A DNA stretch of 64,000 nt. It comes from an uncultured virus (IMG/VR IMGVR_UViG_3300027672_001707). Taxonomy: Duplodnaviria; Heunggongvirae; Uroviricota; Caudoviricetes. The position numbers and the translations under genes are program-made. How positions within the stretch are numbered: the stretch's first letter is position 1; each line of letters begins with the position of its first letter. The DNA is taken from the IMG/VR virus record IMGVR_UViG_3300027672_001707; one strand, 5' to 3'. The notes under the pieces were generated by a model. That model was not told the origin of the DNA. It did no database searches and worked only from the letters and a program-made list of their open reading frames with translations. Positions 47,213 to 56,781 of the stretch are shown one piece after another.

Positions 47213-49468
47213 ATGTCCTATAGTTGGTTAAGAGAAAGTGGCAACGAAAGTCTACCAGTCACACAAGGCGATTTGCGATCCTTAGAAGATTACGCAGACC
47301 GTTTGTTTGCTAAAGTTGGAGTAGACGTAGAGTTTACTAGACACTTCCTTGACAGAGTAAATGATAGTCGCAACGAAAAACAAATCAACGTAGCAGAACT
47401 TATTAGAATCTTTAAGCAAGAGTACAAGTACTATGGCAAGAAGATTGCACAACTAGGACCTGATGCACAAGCAGTAATGAAAGACATGAGAACCGATGTT
47501 AACATACCTTTCGTTTTACAATGGGATAGTGCCAACAATGAACTAGACTTAATTGCAAAGACTGTAATGCGTAAGAAGAATTTTAAAACTAGTAATCCCG
47601 AGTTTACAGTAGAAGAATTTAGTTGGACTGACGAAGAATTAGATAACACACAAGCATGGCAAGAGTTATATGGTGACGTAGTAGTTGAAGCAACTAATAT
47701 GTTCGAAGAACTTGACGAAACTGCAGAACTATATGTAGACATGGACGGTGTACTTGCAGACTTTTTTGGTGAGTGGGCTAAACTAGTAGGTGTAAACAAC
47801 TGGAAAGACATTAAAGATGTTGATTCAGCATTAAACAAAATTAAAGAACAGCCTAACTTTTGGGTTAACTTGCCATTAACAAGTAATGCATTGCAACTGT
47901 TGTCAGCAATTAAAGCCTATAAAGGTAGATATAATATATTAAGTGCTCCACTTCCGGGAGACGCTAATTCCAAGCCACAGAAGATGGCATGGATAAAAAA
48001 GAACCTAAGTTCTTTCCCACCACAAAAAATTATACTAGACCATAACAAAGCCAAGTATGCTAAACAACCAGACGGTACTCCGAATGGTTTAATAGACGAC
48101 TATGGCAAAAATATTGCTAGTTGGACAGCGGCAGGTGGCATTGCTATTAAGCACGAAAACTCTAATGTACAACACACTATTGATAAATTAGATGACTATA
48201 TTGGCGAAGCAGAAACATTAAAACTTCCTAACATAGATGTTGGTGACGAAGTGATGGTTGGTAAGTTTAAGAATCGCAAAGCAACAGTTAAAGGCTTTGA
48301 TAAAGACGATCACAATCAACCAGTATTAAAAACTAACAAAGGCGATCAAAAGTTATTCAAACCACGCATTAGTAAACTAATGAAAGTTGAAGAAGCAACT
48401 TTAGATAATGAAGGTGTAGACTTAGTATTACCTAGAGGAAAAATTAAAGTTCTCAAAGCAGAAGATAAAGATTACGACAGAGGTGTACTTATAGAGTTAC
48501 TAGAAGACGGCGGATACGACATGGCGTATTGGTATGACGAGTTTAAAACATATCCAGTAGAAGTATTAGTAGACGGTATATCTATTAAGAAAGATGCTAA
48601 AAAAGTTACAATGAAATATCATCCAGAGCTAAAAGAAAATAACGATTATAGTTTCTTACGTGATGATGCCTTTGATGCTATACCTAGATTTATTAACAAA
48701 ATAACTAAACCGAAAACATATGCATATGCAGTAGAACTATTGCATTCAATCCTACAACGTAAAGAAAAAGAAGGATTGCACCATAGTTTAGGTTACTATG
48801 CCCAAAGTGTGGCAAACACTGTAAAAGGTGCAGACTGGCGTAACTTGGTAACATTATATCTTAAACACTACGGTGACCAAGCAGTAGTAACTGAAGCAGA
48901 TCTTAATGAAAACGGAATAATTACATCACAGAATACAACTGATGATGTTAAGCCTGGCGAGATTCAGAGACAAGCAAAAAAACTTGGTATGAGTATTGAC
49001 AGCAAAGGTAGTCCGCCACTACTACACAAATCGGCGGCAAAAAACAGTGACCCTAACAAACTATTCAATTTAGGACTTACAGAAGATGTTAACTATGTCA
49101 AGCCACAATTTGATGTAGAATGGGAAGAAGCAAATCGTTATACATACTTTAATAAACTAGGACAAACGGGTTGGGAAGAACTTGCAAGTACAGGCAAAGT
49201 AATTACACTAACAACAGACAGTGTAAAGAAAATAAGCAACACAGGTGCTGACGGTAGTGAAAGTTTAGATGACTTAGAGCCAGACAAAGTTGCAAGACTA
49301 CGAAAAGCAATGGACAGTGGTACAGTTGAAATGCCAATTGTAGTAAAACAACCTAATGGAAGTTTAGACTTAGTAGCAGGTAACACTAGACTAATAGGAC
49401 TTATTAGCACACAAGGTGAAGCAAAAGTTTGGTTAGTAGATGCTAGTGAGTTATCTGAAAATAAATAA
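47213..49468 (+). CDS. multidomain late protein (RNase-like, HAD nucleotidase, SH3-like and ParB-like domains)
   Basis: FTRHFLDRVND; YVDMDGVLADF...LIDD; IDVGDEVMVGKFKNR; MPIVV...LVAGNTRL. Confidence 0.8.
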   Translation: MSYSWLRESGNESLPVTQGDLRSLEDYADRLFAKVGVDVEFTRHFLDRVNDSRNEKQINVAELIRIFKQEYKYYGKKIAQLGPDAQAVMKDMRTDVNIPFVLQWDSANNELDLIAKTVMRKKNFKTSNPEFTVEEFSWTDEELDNTQAWQELYGDVVVEATNMFEELDETAELYVDMDGVLADFFGEWAKLVGVNNWKDIKDVDSALNKIKEQPNFWVNLPLTSNALQLLSAIKAYKGRYNILSAPLPGDANSKPQKMAWIKKNLSSFPPQKIILDHNKAKYAKQPDGTPNGLIDDYGKNIASWTAAGGIAIKHENSNVQHTIDKLDDYIGEAETLKLPNIDVGDEVMVGKFKNRKATVKGFDKDDHNQPVLKTNKGDQKLFKPRISKLMKVEEATLDNEGVDLVLPRGKIKVLKAEDKDYDRGVLIELLEDGGYDMAYWYDEFKTYPVEVLVDGISIKKDAKKVTMKYHPELKENNDYSFLRDDAFDAIPRFINKITKPKTYAYAVELLHSILQRKEKEGLHHSLGYYAQSVANTVKGADWRNLVTLYLKHYGDQAVVTEADLNENGIITSQNTTDDVKPGEIQRQAKKLGMSIDSKGSPPLLHKSAAKNSDPNKLFNLGLTEDVNYVKPQFDVEWEEANRYTYFNKLGQTGWEELASTGKVITLTTDSVKKISNTGADGSESLDDLEPDKVARLRKAMDSGTVEMPIVVKQPNGSLDLVAGNTRLIGLISTQGEAKVWLVDASELSENK

Positions 49469-49488
49469 TAAGGGCAGGGAGACTTGTT

Positions 49489-49791
49489 ATGGATTATCAA
49501 GACAGAGTACAATGGGTCATCGAGGAACTAGACAGTTTATTAGAAGACTTTACTGGAGCAGAGAAACCAGGAAGTAGACCAGGAAGTTTAAAACGCAAAG
49601 CGGCGGCTTACTTAGGTAAAGGCGCTGGAGACAAGATAAGTAAAACAGATTTAAAAAGACTTAGAGCCAAAGCAAACCATTTAAAAAAAAGCTCTAAGAA
49701 AACCGAAAGAGACAGGGGCAATCAGTTAGCAAAGCAAATTAACTTTGCTTACAATTTTAAGGTAGCCGAGGATACAAACAATGAGAATTAA
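49489..49791 (+). CDS. basic late hypothetical protein
   Basis: LLE-D followed by KPGSRPGSLKRK. Confidence 0.7.
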   Translation: MDYQDRVQWVIEELDSLLEDFTGAEKPGSRPGSLKRKAAAYLGKGAGDKISKTDLKRLRAKANHLKKSSKKTERDRGNQLAKQINFAYNFKVAEDTNNEN

Positions 49792-50272
49792 AGAACTATT
49801 ATCTGAAGTCGCAAAGATTAAGAATATAAAAGAAACAATGGTATGTAAGGATTGTGGAGACGAAATGCACAAACCTACTACAGACTGTGGACATGATTGC
49901 AATGACGAAACAGGTAGTTGGTGGACACCAAAGACTGAAGGCGTTGATGAAGCAAAAGCAACTGCGGGACCAGACAAGTGTTGGCCAGGATATAAAAAAG
50001 TTGGCACTAAACCGGGTACTGGCAAGAATAAAGGCAAAACAGTTAACGACTGCGAACAGGTAGGCGAAGCAAGATCAAGTGCATCAGACCAAGCGGCGAT
50101 GGCTGGCGCTTATAATGGTGGCAAGAGTATCCCTAAGCAAAAAAAGAAAGCCAAGGCAGAAGACCCTAAGTCGCAGGAGCGTAAAGACGCGGCTGTTGCC
50201 AAGATGGATGCTGAAGATAAAGCCGCCAGAAAAGCACAAGCAGATAAATTTGCCGCAATGAAAAGAAAATAA
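49781..50272 (+). CDS. late modular protein (putative internal head protein)
   Basis: MRIKELLSE N-terminus; CKDC and CWPGY...NDC modules. Confidence 0.7.
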   Translation: MRIKELLSEVAKIKNIKETMVCKDCGDEMHKPTTDCGHDCNDETGSWWTPKTEGVDEAKATAGPDKCWPGYKKVGTKPGTGKNKGKTVNDCEQVGEARSSASDQAAMAGAYNGGKSIPKQKKKAKAEDPKSQERKDAAVAKMDAEDKAARKAQADKFAAMKRK

Positions 50273-50337
50273 ACTTTCTTCTTGACTTTCTACCCAATCC
50301 CTAGTATATTAATAACATAATAAGGAAACAAATCCAT

Positions 50338-51105
50338 ATGGCACACAAAGACGACGACTTCACATCAGATGGTAAAAAGATTGAATGGGTTCCACAACGG
50401 AAGCATCAACCCAACTACCTAGGACATTATAACAAAGGCATTATGCCCGAGCCGACGTTAGAGGACATTAAGTGTGAGTTACAGTTAGACGCTATTGGAG
50501 ACTTTGTTCCTTTATCAATTAACTTTGATTTAAAACTGTTCAAAGAAGAAATGAAACAGTACAAAGATTCGTGGGTACCTTACTTACGCAGAGAAGGTAT
50601 CACTAACAATAGAGAAGGTTTATTACTTGTAGGTGCTGAAGGCGACAGTGTCGGTGACAGTCTAAGTATGCCTGAAGTTAGAAAACGTCTTGGAGAAAAA
50701 GACGGCGAACGTATTAACGAAATTGATTTACATTACCCTACTGAAGCATTTCATAATGTAACTGCTTTACACCCAATCACAAAAGCCTTTGATATGCTAG
50801 GCAGAACAATGCTAGTAAAATTAAACAAAGGCGGTTGGTTCCCACCACACAGAGATGCACCATTCTTAAGCAGAGATTGTTTTAGACTTGTTGGATTCTT
50901 AAGTGGCACAACAGGACACGGAAGTTTCGAATGGGAACACAACTATAGACGAGTCGATATCGAACCAGGAAGATGTTACTATGTGGATACAAGAAAAACA
51001 CACAGAACAGCCTGTTGGGGCGATGAAAGTATTCATTTAGTAATGAATGTTCCAAAGACATATGAAAACTGCTTAAAAGTACTATCTATGACTGAACATC
51101 ATTAA
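50338..51105 (+). CDS. Asp/Asn beta-hydroxylase-like 2OG-Fe(II) oxygenase
   Basis: GGWFPPHRD...DTRKTH...IHLV. Confidence 0.8.
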   Translation: MAHKDDDFTSDGKKIEWVPQRKHQPNYLGHYNKGIMPEPTLEDIKCELQLDAIGDFVPLSINFDLKLFKEEMKQYKDSWVPYLRREGITNNREGLLLVGAEGDSVGDSLSMPEVRKRLGEKDGERINEIDLHYPTEAFHNVTALHPITKAFDMLGRTMLVKLNKGGWFPPHRDAPFLSRDCFRLVGFLSGTTGHGSFEWEHNYRRVDIEPGRCYYVDTRKTHRTACWGDESIHLVMNVPKTYENCLKVLSMTEHH

Positions 51106-51120
51106 TGTATAAATACTAAT

Positions 51121-51348
51121 ATGAAAATTTGGGAAATAACATCACAAGACAACAATGTTGTAGAAGACGCAACACCAGGTGCTACTAGTAGTGCTGACGT
51201 GGCAGGAGCCGCTATTGCATTTCCATTGTTTGTTAGTCCTAAAAAGGCTCGTAAAGCAGTAGATCCATTTGGGCATACAACCCCAAAAGGTAAAAAGAAA
51301 ACTAAATTTCAGCCTTACACACAAAAAGTTAGCTCAATATTTGCTTAA
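51121..51348 (+). CDS. small late protein (putative internal head protein), leaderless
   Basis: TATAAATA-5 nt-ATG; MKIWEI...VVE-DATPGATSS. Confidence 0.7.
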   Translation: MKIWEITSQDNNVVEDATPGATSSADVAGAAIAFPLFVSPKKARKAVDPFGHTTPKGKKKTKFQPYTQKVSSIFA

Positions 51349-51456
51349 TACCACTGTTTACTACAGTGTATTAGTACCTATTGTAGTTTAATATAAGATA
51401 GTTTATTTGTTCTAAATGAATAAATACAACATAGTACAAAGCATATTGGAGTTATT

Positions 51457-51810
51457 ATGAGAGCAAAGCACTTTAAAAACAAAACATTAAACGAAGATTT
51501 GTCCTCTGACACACGTTCAATGGAATTAGATCACGAAGTTAGCATGGCTAAAGGGGATTTATATAAAATCGCCAAGTATGCAATAGAGCTTCATAAAATG
51601 TTACAAAACGTATCCGAAGAACAAGGCCTTGAAGGCTGGGTACAGGCAAAAATTACAAAAGCGGCAGACTACATGGGTAGTGTTAAGCACCACTTGGAAT
51701 ACCAAGAACAAGGTGACGAACTTAACATTGATGTAATTGCTGACGAACCAACTCAAGCACCAGAACCAGAAATGGTTACAATTCAACCAGAAGAGTCAAT
51801 TAAAGGGTAA
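51457..51810 (+). CDS. late protein (putative internal head protein)
   Basis: MRAKHF...LNE-D; HEVSMA...LEGWVQAKIT. Confidence 0.75.
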   Translation: MRAKHFKNKTLNEDLSSDTRSMELDHEVSMAKGDLYKIAKYAIELHKMLQNVSEEQGLEGWVQAKITKAADYMGSVKHHLEYQEQGDELNIDVIADEPTQAPEPEMVTIQPEESIKG

Positions 51811-51815
51811 TTAAT

Positions 51816-52499
51816 ATGTCAGATGATTTTGCAACACTAGTAAATAAACTTAACGAGATGTCGGAAGACAACTATACAGTAGCACCACAAACTAACACAA
51901 CTAGTTTGAACGAATCTGCTGATGATATGCGTGGCATATTAGATAGGTTTAATAAAGAAACAAAATCAGATGAAAGTATCCTTGCACAAAAAGGCAATAT
52001 TAAATTAGTTATGACAGAAAGTCATTCAGACCATTTTAATGTTGATGTGCATATTGACGAAGAAGTAGTTGCTAGTGGACAGTATGATAGATTAGATAAT
52101 GCATACACTATTGACAATGATGACTTTGCTAGTGCAGACGAAGTAGTAGAAGCATTTGCACAAACGGCGCATGAAGAAGGTAAAGAGTTTAAAGAAGCAC
52201 AAGTTGTTACAGAAGCAACACCTGAAGAAGCATATGTTGATAATATGTTTCAAAAGGCACAAGCAATGATTAATTCATTGGAAAAAGTATTTAGAGCAGA
52301 CGGACTAATGGCAAGAAAGATTGAAGCCATTGGCGGAGATGTTACAGGATTAATGGACGTAGTGACAAACTTGTCAAGTACTTACGAATCACTAGAGTCA
52401 GGACATTACGATGCAATGGGACACATTGCTTCTGAAGGTAAATTAAAAGCAGATTTAGATACTGCTATTAATACCGAAGAATCTACAGAGGAAAAATAA
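51816..52499 (+). CDS. acidic modular late protein
   Basis: LNE, VTE and NTE junctions; shares a module with 52501. Confidence 0.7.
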   Translation: MSDDFATLVNKLNEMSEDNYTVAPQTNTTSLNESADDMRGILDRFNKETKSDESILAQKGNIKLVMTESHSDHFNVDVHIDEEVVASGQYDRLDNAYTIDNDDFASADEVVEAFAQTAHEEGKEFKEAQVVTEATPEEAYVDNMFQKAQAMINSLEKVFRADGLMARKIEAIGGDVTGLMDVVTNLSSTYESLESGHYDAMGHIASEGKLKADLDTAINTEESTEEK

Positions 52500-52500
52500 A

Positions 52501-55200
52501 ATGAAGTTAACTGATATAGCAAAAAACAAACCAATACTAGAAGCTCGTAAGCCTATGTCAGTCGAAACTGCAGGCGAAGAAAACATGGCACAAGCAAAGG
52601 CTATGAGACCACAGTTTACAGACAAACAGATTAAAATGGCATTTGGAATTCTAAATGATCCAAGATACAAAGATGGTAATTATGATGGTGCCCATGCAAC
52701 TATTGAGAAATTAGCAAAAGGTCTATCAAAACATCCTAGTGTAGCAAACGCAATGAAACGTGCTAACGAAGATATAGTAACTGAAGCAGGCGGATATTAT
52801 ACACAACCAGTATACGACATGATCGAAAAGCATGGTTATGAAAAAGTAATGCACGAACTATTAACAAGTTTAGATGCTGATGTAATTCAAGACTTTATAA
52901 GCCGTGCAGATTTAGAAGAAGGCAAAAGCCCACATAAAAAAGGTACTGCAAAGTACAAGAAACATATGGCGGCTATGCACGCCGAAGAAGAATATAAACC
53001 ACACATGATGTACGATCCTAAAACAGGTGAAGGCAAAATGGCGAAGGTAGAAAAAGACCATTTAGATATGAAAGACATGGGTTGGACACACGATAATCCA
53101 AAAACTAAAAAAGTTGAAGAAGAAAAGCGTTGGAAACAGACTAGTATGTCTCCGGAAGATGCAATTAGAATTTGGGGTAAGAAAAACGTACAAGTTACAC
53201 CAGGTGGACTCAACAATGGCGATGACATGGTAGAAGTATTTGTTGAAGCAATGAATGAAATGAACAAGTACGGACTTACAGCAGTAAACAAAGAAGGCAA
53301 GTTTTACGCATTTAGACATGGTAAGATGGTAGGTGGACCTTTTGACACAATGCAAGAGTTATCAGACTTTCAATTAAAAAGTATTGAAAACGAAGCAAGA
53401 GATACTACAGGTGTTGCTAAAATACCTTATGTATTTGGCAAAAAAGAATTTGAAGAAAACGAACACTATAATATGCATACAGAAAATGCAATGGAACTTG
53501 TAAGAATGTTTGGTACTAGAAATGAACAAGAGCGTATGGAAATGATTATGAAAGCTCATAACCAACGTGGACATATTCTCGGTGATGAAATGGCTGAACG
53601 TGATGCTATAGTTAAAAAATATTACCCAATGTTAGAAGGATTAGACGAAGGTATGATGTCTGACATGGAAAAAGATTTAATGATGATGTATAGTGGTGAC
53701 GGCGAACCTGGACTTGCTGATGCAATGGGCATGAGTGAAAAAGAGTTTGCTCAAGCATATACAAAAGCAGGTAGCGATATACAAAAGATGATTAAGAATT
53801 ATGTTAAAGCGAACGAAGATATCAATGTAGAGATACCAGAAGATATGTACGAACGTATTAAAAACTACAGTGCTTCATTAAATGAAGCAGTTAAAGATAC
53901 ATTAATGGGAGTTGAAGATCCAGTAATTGTTATCACAAATGCACAAGGCAAGATTGTTGACAAACTACAGATGAGTATTGCGGCAAAGAAATATAAGTTT
54001 AATATGACTTTTATTAGACCACAGTTTAAACATCAAGGTAACGTTAAACATGGACAGTTTACATTAAGTGCACCGATGGCAGGACAACCTATGGAAAGCA
54101 CAAGTCCACCAGAAGTTATTAATCCTAGTAAAGATTCTTCAAAAGAAGATTTAAAAGCGGCTATCAAGTATGCAGAGTACATGATGGCAAAGATGAATGA
54201 CACAGGTAAAGCATCTTATGAAAAAGAAATTTCACAATATAAAAGTTGGTTAGACATAGATGAAGGATATTCAATTCTTCCAGATATGCCTTCCAAGTAT
54301 GTAGCAAGAGATGGACTAGAAGGTCCTATTATGACACGTTCAGGTAAAGTTGTTTATTACGATCCTAAAGAAGGCAAGTATTACGATCCAGACACAGACA
54401 TTTATCTAACATATGATGAATGGAAAGCATTTGATCCTGAGTTACCTATTAAGTCAGAAGCAATTGATGCCGTACTTGCACAAGCAGACGGGTATTCAGT
54501 AGTTAAAGACGATGGCGATGACATACATATTATGTACAATGATGAAATAATTGGCGGTGCTAGTTTTGATAGTGGTTCAGATAGTTTCTGGGTAAGCACT
54601 GGCGAAGCAGGACAAGAATCGTTTGACACTGCACAAGAAATAATTGACTATTATGCACAAAACAAAATTACAGAAATAGCAAGTCCAGATGAACAAGCAA
54701 CACATAGTAATGTAGCATTAGATACATTGAGAAAGATTGTTGCAGACAAGCAAAATATGCCTGTTAAGTTCGCAGACGGACAAATGAGTGTAGACTTGTA
54801 TAGTGCAAGTGCTATTACACAAGTATTTGATAAGATTAATCCACAAAACCAAGCAAAGTTACTTGGCATGATGGGTACTAAAGCAGGTATGATTAAAGTA
54901 ACAAACCTAGTATTTGGTATGATGAATAAAAAAGGTGACCATAGTGTTGCTGAAACAGAAGGACCAGTGTCAGAATACACAGGTGACTCAATTGGAGTTA
55001 AAGAAATGGAACAAATGTTAGTAACACTTGCTGATAAAAAAGTAAACAGTATAGCATACCAAAGATTTATATCTGGTTCGGACAAATACAAAGCCGATCC
55101 TGCTCTTGCTAAAGAACTCGAAGGCGACAAGCAAAAACTAGCCGCTGATGTAAACGAGAGTGTAGAGTTAGATAGAATTAAATACCTATCAGGATTATAA
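52501..55200 (+). CDS. 899-aa Glu-punctuated modular late protein
   Basis: many short modules separated by x-x-E sites; ends ESVELDRIKYLSGL. Confidence 0.8.
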   Translation: MKLTDIAKNKPILEARKPMSVETAGEENMAQAKAMRPQFTDKQIKMAFGILNDPRYKDGNYDGAHATIEKLAKGLSKHPSVANAMKRANEDIVTEAGGYYTQPVYDMIEKHGYEKVMHELLTSLDADVIQDFISRADLEEGKSPHKKGTAKYKKHMAAMHAEEEYKPHMMYDPKTGEGKMAKVEKDHLDMKDMGWTHDNPKTKKVEEEKRWKQTSMSPEDAIRIWGKKNVQVTPGGLNNGDDMVEVFVEAMNEMNKYGLTAVNKEGKFYAFRHGKMVGGPFDTMQELSDFQLKSIENEARDTTGVAKIPYVFGKKEFEENEHYNMHTENAMELVRMFGTRNEQERMEMIMKAHNQRGHILGDEMAERDAIVKKYYPMLEGLDEGMMSDMEKDLMMMYSGDGEPGLADAMGMSEKEFAQAYTKAGSDIQKMIKNYVKANEDINVEIPEDMYERIKNYSASLNEAVKDTLMGVEDPVIVITNAQGKIVDKLQMSIAAKKYKFNMTFIRPQFKHQGNVKHGQFTLSAPMAGQPMESTSPPEVINPSKDSSKEDLKAAIKYAEYMMAKMNDTGKASYEKEISQYKSWLDIDEGYSILPDMPSKYVARDGLEGPIMTRSGKVVYYDPKEGKYYDPDTDIYLTYDEWKAFDPELPIKSEAIDAVLAQADGYSVVKDDGDDIHIMYNDEIIGGASFDSGSDSFWVSTGEAGQESFDTAQEIIDYYAQNKITEIASPDEQATHSNVALDTLRKIVADKQNMPVKFADGQMSVDLYSASAITQVFDKINPQNQAKLLGMMGTKAGMIKVTNLVFGMMNKKGDHSVAETEGPVSEYTGDSIGVKEMEQMLVTLADKKVNSIAYQRFISGSDKYKADPALAKELEGDKQKLAADVNESVELDRIKYLSGL

Positions 55201-55206
55201 GTTACA

Positions 55207-55374
55207 ATGACTTCTAATTCTTGTCAAAATTGTGGACACCACAGCCATTGTGGAAGTCCGTTATGGCGAGAAGAAAAAGACTACCCTAGCGAACAACCAG
55301 CAGAATACAGACAAATTGAAGTCTGCAAACAGTGTAGATGTAAACAATGCTCAACGAACGACAACAGCAAATAA
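55207..55374 (+). CDS. 55-aa Cys/His-rich metal-binding protein (absent from ORF track)
   Basis: CQNCGHHSHC...CKQCRCKQC. Confidence 0.65.
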   Translation: MTSNSCQNCGHHSHCGSPLWREEKDYPSEQPAEYRQIEVCKQCRCKQCSTNDNSK

Positions 55375-56066
55375 TAGACAACACTTCACCGACAATCACA
55401 ATTAAAAACTTCTTATCCGAAGTTGAACAAATACACTTACTAAACATACATAAAGATAGACCGGACCATGAGAAGGTGTTTAAGAACACAGGTCCTGTTG
55501 TTAGTAAGTTACCTCATAAAAGTGATCATCATTATCAAAACATAATGAAACGTGTTGAAAGTGTACTAGATGCAAAAATTAAACCATTCGGTGGTAATTA
55601 CTTTACAGTAAGGAAACCACACATACTCCATAATGATGTTCCTAAAGATCATGCTATTATTCCGGGTAAATGTATTGTATTGCCTTTAGAAAAAGTATAC
55701 ACAACATACCAACTTCCTATGTTAGATGACGCAAAATTTTACATATTTGATCAAATGTATTTCGATAGACCAGTAAAGTGTTTTAAGAATAAAGATTCAG
55801 CACAAATGTATGAGAAAGGCAATGAGCCTATATTTGAATACTCCGGAGTACATAACTTACATCAAGACAATAGAATACCTAATACAGATACAGGACATAT
55901 GAAACAAGAATGGTTAGAAGGTTTTAGTATTGAATCAGAATGCCCTTGGGTACCAGGTGATGCTATTATATTTGATTGTGCTAGACTACATTGTGCTAGT
56001 AATTTTTTAGAAAACGGTATGGAAGAAAAAACAGGGTTAAGTATCTTTACAGAGTATGTAACATGA
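55347..56066 (+). CDS. 2OG-Fe(II) oxygenase-like protein
   Basis: LHND...WVPGDAIIFD..RLHC. Confidence 0.7.
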   Translation: MLNERQQQIIDNTSPTITIKNFLSEVEQIHLLNIHKDRPDHEKVFKNTGPVVSKLPHKSDHHYQNIMKRVESVLDAKIKPFGGNYFTVRKPHILHNDVPKDHAIIPGKCIVLPLEKVYTTYQLPMLDDAKFYIFDQMYFDRPVKCFKNKDSAQMYEKGNEPIFEYSGVHNLHQDNRIPNTDTGHMKQEWLEGFSIESECPWVPGDAIIFDCARLHCASNFLENGMEEKTGLSIFTEYVT

Positions 56067-56773
56067 TATTCACGTTTGGTGACAGTTGGACTGCAAAGTG
56101 GCAAGACCACACACCGTGGCCCGAATTACTAGACAAGGACTGTAAAAACTTTGCACGAGCTGGTGCCAGTAACAGACAAATAACAGATCAAGTAAGTGAA
56201 GCAAGTCTTGATTATCCAGACGAAGATGTTGAAGCAGTTATAATTGCATTTACTAGTATTAACAGAATGACTATAAACATCAGTGTTAATAGTGAACTTT
56301 GTATATCACAACACCCAGACCCGTGGTATGCAGATGCACAAAAGAGAGTGTTTGATGACAATGTAACTGTAAAGAATGTTATGGACTATTCGTTATATAA
56401 CTTTCATGCAATTGAATGTATAGTGGCTCAAGTATGGGATTGCCCAGTACACTTTATACCTGTATTTGAAGATACAGAATTTTGGAGAAAACAAGAAACA
56501 TTCTTGCCACACAGTTTAATTAATGTATTGTACTTCGAAGAAAAGCAAAGATACTTTATGTACGACTGTCCAGTATATGAATTAGGATATTTACAAGAAC
56601 CTAATACGTTTGGACAAGCATGGCTAGATAAAAATGTAGACAGTAACTGGCGTAAAGCACACTTCGAAAGAACAGACTTTAGTATGACTAGTAAACTATT
56701 TGATAACACGCAACACCCTAATCAGCAAGGACACAAGGCTCTAGCAAACTACTTTAACAAAGTCTTGAACTAA
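56063..56773 (+). CDS. SGNH/GDSL hydrolase-fold protein
   Basis: FGDSWT, GASN, HPNQQGH. Confidence 0.8.
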   Translation: MIFTFGDSWTAKWQDHTPWPELLDKDCKNFARAGASNRQITDQVSEASLDYPDEDVEAVIIAFTSINRMTINISVNSELCISQHPDPWYADAQKRVFDDNVTVKNVMDYSLYNFHAIECIVAQVWDCPVHFIPVFEDTEFWRKQETFLPHSLINVLYFEEKQRYFMYDCPVYELGYLQEPNTFGQAWLDKNVDSNWRKAHFERTDFSMTSKLFDNTQHPNQQGHKALANYFNKVLN

Positions 56774-56781
56774 ATACTAAT

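Noticed and set aside
49683..49690. A8 homopolymer as a frameshift or phase-variation site
   Set aside because: The ORF is intact, and A runs are common in Lys codons of an AT-rich genome.
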